Below the pieces are notes generated by a model. That model did not search any database, was not told the DNA's origin, and worked only from the letters and a program-made list of their open reading frames with translations. Shown here piece after piece: positions 58,207 to 64,000 of a DNA stretch of 64,000 bases (the stretch's first letter is position 1; each line of letters opens with the position of its first letter). The DNA is from Schmidtea polychroa. Its lineage: Eukaryota. Both the position numbers and the translations under genes were made by a program. The DNA is taken from NCBI GenBank assembly GCA_044892525.1, contig CM097885.1:162564001-162628000 (forward strand), read 5' to 3'.

Positions 58207-59260
58207 ATGGACAACTTGATATTATCACCATTCATGGAGGAGATGCTACAGAGTCGGGAGATGTTAGCCCTCTTTGACGATAATCACCGATTAGTGAAAT
58301 CCCATCGGCCCATCAATCAGAAAATACTATATTGTCTGGAAACTTGTTGTCCTATTTGTAAATTGCGTTTTCCACCTCATTTAGATGAAGCCTCAAAGAA
58401 ACTACACTGGATGATTCGTGAGGCATACTTTCAAAAATGGACACAAGTCAACTGCCAAGGCCACAATCAGAATACACAGAGTGGAAAATGCCGAAAAACC
58501 TGAAAGACTACGAATGGCGATTCATAATTAAAGCTCGTGCCAACATGCTAGACAAAAATATGAAACAATCAAACCAAGGAGGAAGATTAGGCAGCATAAA
58601 ATGCAGAAACTGTGAAAATCCCCACGAATCATCCACACACGTCCTAAACATGTGTGTAAGAGGAACCAGAATGAGGACCAACAAGCACAATGAAATACAA
58701 AAAGCACTGGCAGAAATTCTAAGAAACAATAGAATCAATTTTGAAACAGAGAAAAAACCAAAAGAAGCAAAGGAAATGTTAAAACCAGGCATAGTAGCCA
58801 GATTAAAGGATCACATGATGATAATTGATGTATAATGCCCATTTGATGACCATCCAGCCATAGAAGCATCAAGAACAAAAAACCAGAACAAATACAGAAA
58901 ATTAGCACAAGACATCCAAGAAGCAACAAACACATACACAACAGTGGAAACATTTGTGGTATGCTCGCTCGGAACATGGGACAAACGAAATAATGATGTA
59001 TTCAGAAAACTGGGACTCAGATATTAAGAATACATGCCCATAAAGAACAAAATGATAGATAGAGTGATTAAAGGCTCCAGAAAAACATATGAAAATCATC
59101 GGGGCTTATATCAATAGCACAAGAAAATTGAAAATGGATGATTGTGCCTGCATCCCTAAAAAGGCACACCTGAATGTTAAACACCCCATACAGTAGCTCG
59201 CCTACTGTATTTGGACTAGAATATTTATTATGTTGATTTTCACTTTCATTAATAAAATTT
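58207..59260 (+). pseudogene. 3' end of a second RLE-type non-LTR retrotransposon with 3' UTR
   Basis: IKAR, CRNC...ESSTHVLNMC, KHN, IIDV*CPFD, QNKY, SLGTW; AATAAA near 59250. Confidence 0.88.
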
Positions 59261-59276
59261 GCCTATTACTATAGAC

Positions 59277-61734
59277 CAGTGGTGCCCAACCTAGTGCCCG
59301 CGGGCAAAAAAGTGCCCGTGGAGACTTTTTCAAATGCCCGTGGGTGTTTTTCTAAATACGGTTAAAGAAAATATCAATTTTTAACATTAAGATGTATAAT
59401 GTTTCAATGAGAATTACAAGTGCATTTTTAATTTTCGAAATTAAAATTAATCAATCCCAACAATTAATTATTAAATGGGAATTCCAAGAAAATTAAATTT
59501 TTTCCTACTTTAAATTAAAATTAATTAACTCAAATATCGTTACATCGTTAGTTAAAAAACTCTATTTAAATCAGTCAACCAAAAACAATCTCTCAGTGTG
59601 GACAACAATTTATCCAAATAAAAAAAATAATTTTTGTTTTTACAAAAATGTCTCTCAGCAAAGGGATGTCTCAAAAAAGAAAACGTGAAGATGAAAAATC
59701 TGCGCAACAAGTGTTAAGAAATAACTGGGAAGAACAATTTTTGTTCACACATTCACAATCATCAAGGCCAATTTGTCTGATTTGTAATGACACAGTTGCA
59801 GTCTATAAAAAATACAATGTGGAACATCATTTTAATCAGATGCATTCAGAATTCAAAATCAAATACCCAATTGGATCTGCAGACAGAACTGACTTTATTT
59901 CAAAGAGAAAATCGAAACTTGCAGTTCAGCAAACATTTTTTACCAAAAGACAAGAAGAAATGCACGGTGTGACAAAAGCTTCCTTTCAAATTTCCCTGCT
60001 GCTTGCCAGATTAAAAAAAAGTTATTCAGATGGTGAAATGGTAAAAGAGGCAATTTCTATTTTTGCTGAAAACTCAAGTGACCCAAAAAACAAATTGCTG
60101 TCCAAAAACATAGCACTTTCAAGAAATACAGTTACTCGGAGAATTGAAGAAATGGCCAATGATGTCTCAAAACAAATTATTGTTGCTGCTTCACTTTCAA
60201 AATACTTTTCAATTGCAATTGATGAAAGCTGTGATGCAACTGACAGTGCTCAATTACTGGTTTATATAAGATGTGTCAATGAAAACTTCGATGTTGTTCA
60301 GGAACTTCTTGGCCTTTGTCAACTGAAAACCACAACAACTGGAGCCGATATCTTTGAAGCACTGAAAGATTGTGTGGAAAATTCAATCATCAACGAGTAT
60401 AAGCTCAACTGGAATCAACTGGAAAGTATCTGCACAGATGGAGCTCCTGCAATGGTTGGAAAAAACAACGGTTGTGTTTCCCTTCTAGAAAAATATCTAA
60501 AAAGAAAACTTTTTAAGTACCATTGCATTATTCATCAAGAAGTTCTTTGCTCAAAGGATATGGAATTCAAGCATGTTATTGACACAGCTGTGCACTGTAT
60601 TAACAAGATTAGAGCACGATCTCTAAATAGAAGAGAGTTCCGATCCATGTTTGAAGAGGAAACCGATGATTGTGGTGAACTTTTGCTCCATTGCTCCGTT
60701 CGCTGGTTGTCAAAGGGAAAAATGCTGTCAAGATTTTTCCAGTTAAGGACCCAAGTACTGCAATTTTTGGAAGAAAAAAAAGAGTTGCCTACCGAGTGTG
60801 ATCTTTTGAAAAACAATTCCTGGTTGAGTGAATTGGCTTTTCTTGTTGATGTCACAAATTACCTGAACATCTTGAACACAGGATTGCAAGGTGAAAATAG
60901 TTTGTTCCCAACACTATTCAATCAAATCAATGCATTTAAGGCAAAATTAAAACTGTTTTATAACAGTCTTTCTCAAGGAAATCTGGATCTTTTCCCAACG
61001 CTTCAGAAATTTCAACTTGAAAGTTCAATCACTGTCAACTTGGACTATGAAAAATACAAACTTGCCATTATGAATTTGTCTCATTCATTTTCTTCTCGAT
61101 TTTCTGACTTTGAGGCAGAGAAGGATAACATTTTATTGTTCATTAATCCATTCTCTATATCAGAAAGTGAAATCAGCAAGTATTCTCCAAAAATACAGAT
61201 GGAAATTACTGACATTCAAAACCACACAGGATTAAAGAGAAAGTTTCAAGAGCTTTGTGAATCACCTATTTCACCCGACTTAAAAGCATTCTGGAAGCTT
61301 GTTTTAAAAAATGACTATCCTGAACTTAACAACATGGCACTCCGGTTTGTGGTCAAATTTGGATCAACTTACATTTGTGAGAAGACATTTTCTTCAATGA
61401 ACTACATAAAAAGCAAATTCAGATGTTCACTCACTGATGCTCACTTGGAAAACCTCATTCTATTATCAAATTCAAAAATCAATCCTGATATTGATCAACT
61501 TGTTAGCCAGACTCAAATTCAAAAGCCGCATTAAAATGATGTTATAAATAAATTTGTTTGTTTTGTTTCACATTATTATTTTTATTATTTTAAATTTTTA
61601 ATACAAATGCATGTTTCCTAATAAAAAGATTGTTATAAGATCATTTTTCTATTAACTAATTTTTCAAAAATGTGCCCGCAAAGACTTTTTCATTTAAATA
61701 GTTGCCCACTTGATAAAAAGGTTGGGCACCACTG
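59277..61734 (+). mobile_element. Full-length hAT (Buster/Charlie, GTF2IRD2-like) transposon, 2458 bp
   Basis: Perfect 16-bp TIR CAGTGGTGCCCAACCT; intact ORF. The flanks CTATAGAC / ATCTAAAG do not match. Confidence 0.92.
59648..61534 (+). CDS. Intact Buster-family hAT transposase, 628 aa
   Basis: CLIC...H...H BED-like finger, IAIDESCD, CTDGAPAM, CIIHQE, VRWLS, FGSTYICEKTFS. Confidence 0.93.
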   Translation: MSLSKGMSQKRKREDEKSAQQVLRNNWEEQFLFTHSQSSRPICLICNDTVAVYKKYNVEHHFNQMHSEFKIKYPIGSADRTDFISKRKSKLAVQQTFFTKRQEEMHGVTKASFQISLLLARLKKSYSDGEMVKEAISIFAENSSDPKNKLLSKNIALSRNTVTRRIEEMANDVSKQIIVAASLSKYFSIAIDESCDATDSAQLLVYIRCVNENFDVVQELLGLCQLKTTTTGADIFEALKDCVENSIINEYKLNWNQLESICTDGAPAMVGKNNGCVSLLEKYLKRKLFKYHCIIHQEVLCSKDMEFKHVIDTAVHCINKIRARSLNRREFRSMFEEETDDCGELLLHCSVRWLSKGKMLSRFFQLRTQVLQFLEEKKELPTECDLLKNNSWLSELAFLVDVTNYLNILNTGLQGENSLFPTLFNQINAFKAKLKLFYNSLSQGNLDLFPTLQKFQLESSITVNLDYEKYKLAIMNLSHSFSSRFSDFEAEKDNILLFINPFSISESEISKYSPKIQMEITDIQNHTGLKRKFQELCESPISPDLKAFWKLVLKNDYPELNNMALRFVVKFGSTYICEKTFSSMNYIKSKFRCSLTDAHLENLILLSNSKINPDIDQLVSQTQIQKPH

Positions 61735-62343
61735 ATCTAAAGGATGGAATAAAAATGAATTTCGGTTCGGTTGGATTTTTTGTCAATTCAAAAATTGGAA
61801 TTTTGTTTATGATGGAATAAGTTAGGTTAATGTTGATAAAAGGAAATATAAAATTCTTTTCTGGTAAATTTGTTTTGAATGATCGTATGGTTGATTGGCG
61901 GTTGGGTTTGGGTTAGACTGAGGATTGGCTGTTTATTTTTTTTATTAATTTTGTGTTTATTATTTTTGTGGATTTCTATCATTTTCTTGAATTTCATATT
62001 GATTGAATGTATATTTAAAAATTTAATGTTAATTCTAGGGTAAATTTAATTAATTTCTTGATAATTGGATGTATTTTTATTGACTTGTTTTTTAATTTTA
62101 AATAAAAATTATTTTTAATGACAGTTAGCTTAATAATCAAGTGATAGAATAAGGTTTTGATAATAACTTTGTAATGTATTTGATTTTGACTAAATAATCT
62201 TTTCAATAATTTTCTAAGAATATTTTCATTTACACATTGATGAACTTTTAAAAAACAAGCTAAGAAACCAAGGATGATTGAAAATGATTGGCTGAATCGC
62301 TGAAGAATTATGATCAATCAATATATATCATCTCTAGTTAGGT

Positions 62344-64000
62344 CAGTGGTTTCCAACCTGGGGGGGGGCGTGCAGATGTTTTTAAAATCTTGTTAATGAA
62401 TACAGATCAAATAGGTTAAAAAATAAATCAGTAGTATATTTAATTTACAATTCTTGTCGGAAATTTTTCAAATATGAATGCGAAATTATTTCATTAAAAA
62501 TATTCTCAAAACAAAATATCTCATTTTCTTTTTTCAATCCGAGCACTAATAGAGCATGAAAACAAAAGATAAGTACTTGCATCATTCGAGTATTCTCGTA
62601 CTTATGCACGCCAAACTTCAGAAATAAGAAGCATCTGATTGTTTATATTCTATAAACAAAAGTAGTTGTTCATAGTGCTCACGATAACAACTTCAATACA
62701 TAGATAAAACACTTTGATTTGGTATTTTAAAATATAAACATACAGATAGATATCATAACTATTATAATAGTACCTTGTTAATTAAAAAATGCTGATATAA
62801 TTCAAGGTAGTTTTTCGAAACTAGCGCAAAATTTCGAATCTGTAAACATAAAATAACATTTATTTTGACCTTCATCTACTTTTTTTTCATTTATATCGAT
62901 TTTTTACTTTATTTTATATTCACCAATAACATTTTAATGGAGTAATATGAATATTGTTTTTGTAGTAATTCACGGTTAAGTAAAAATGACACAAGATATT
63001 TTTTTATTGTTCATATTCATTAATAAAATTTGTTAAAAAATTAGTTTTTAATTCTACATTTATAAATTATCCAAATTAAGACTGATATTTTATTTAAAAG
63101 GTAATATTGATTTAATTGTATTGTATTTTAAATTAATATAAAAGGCTTGATTTAAAATAATACCCCTTTTAGATGGATAAATACGTAACTAGCTTTAAAA
63201 GAAAATCAAATGAAGCTGAAGCTGAAGCAGAAGCAAAGAGCGAAAGTAAAGAAGAAAATTTCGTAAGCATATCTTCACAAATTAGTAAACTTAAATATAG
63301 AAAATATGACCCAGTATACTTATCATTTGGATTTACATATAAGATTATTAATGGAAAAGAGCATCCATTGTGTTTACTGTGTATGAATACTTTGGCCTCA
63401 GACAGCATGAGTCCAAATAAGTTAAAACAACATCTTGAAAAATGTACATGGTGATCTCGTTGGTAAGACGAAAGAATTTTTCAAAAAAAGTTAGAAAGTT
63501 TAAGTAAACAACAAGAAATGTTTCTAAAGACCATGTCTATATCACAAAAAGCATTGCTTGCGTCATATAAAGTTTTTTATAGAATTGCCAAATGCAAAAA
63601 ACCACATTCGATAGGTGAAACTCTGGTGTTACCTGCAGCCATTGATATGATAGAAACTATGCTTGGAGAATCATATGCTGACCAACTTAAAATAATTCCC
63701 CTTGCAGATAACACGGTTGGAAGATTGATCCGAAGATCTTTGCGACCAATTAATAGAAAAAGTAAAACTGTCTTCTTTCGCATTGCAAGTAGATGAAGCT
63801 ACTGATGTTATTAAGGATCCACAAGTGATAATATATGTAAGATATGTTGTTGAAACCGATATTAAAGAAGACATGTTGTTCTGCAAACCTATTGAATTTA
63901 ATACTACAGCAAAGGAAGTTTTTAAAATCATTGATATTTTTTTTAAAGAAAATGGCATTCTATGGGAGAACTGTGTTGGGCTATGCACAGATGGAGCTCC
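62344..64000 (+). mobile_element. Buster/ZBED5-like hAT element, frameshifted, runs off the window
   Basis: Left end CAGTGGTTTCCAACCT; fragments RKYDPVYLSFGF...CLLC...PNKLKQHL, KKPHSIGETL, IPLADNTV, CTDGA. Confidence 0.88.

Overview
Very AT-rich eukaryotic (probably animal) genomic DNA, mostly transposable elements. The centrepiece is an apparently complete 16,211-bp Polinton/Maverick (adintovirus-like) element at 19774-35984, with AGTAG...CTACT ends, a perfect 6-bp TAAATT target-site duplication (TSD) and 1.4-1.65 kb terminal inverted repeats (TIRs). It encodes pPolB, an adenain-type protease, a major capsid protein, two tandem minor capsid proteins, an RVE integrase, a packaging ATPase and core-like proteins. 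Unusually, it also encodes a two-repeat TATA-binding-protein (TBP)-like gene and a Cys-rich ORF. Three of its genes (protease, integrase, an SSB-like gene) only read through after removing 40-42-nt GT-AG introns, so the ORF track misses or splits them. It also misses a 50-aa Lys-rich ORF. A decayed second copy keeps the ATPase/TBP-like head-to-head pair. Elsewhere there are four exons of a host TAF1A-like gene, an intact pogo element, two intact and several decayed hAT elements (one nested cluster), MITEs, non-LTR retrotransposon remnants, and a dispersed five-copy motif with a covarying hairpin. All protein assignments come from motifs recognised by eye; no searches were run.
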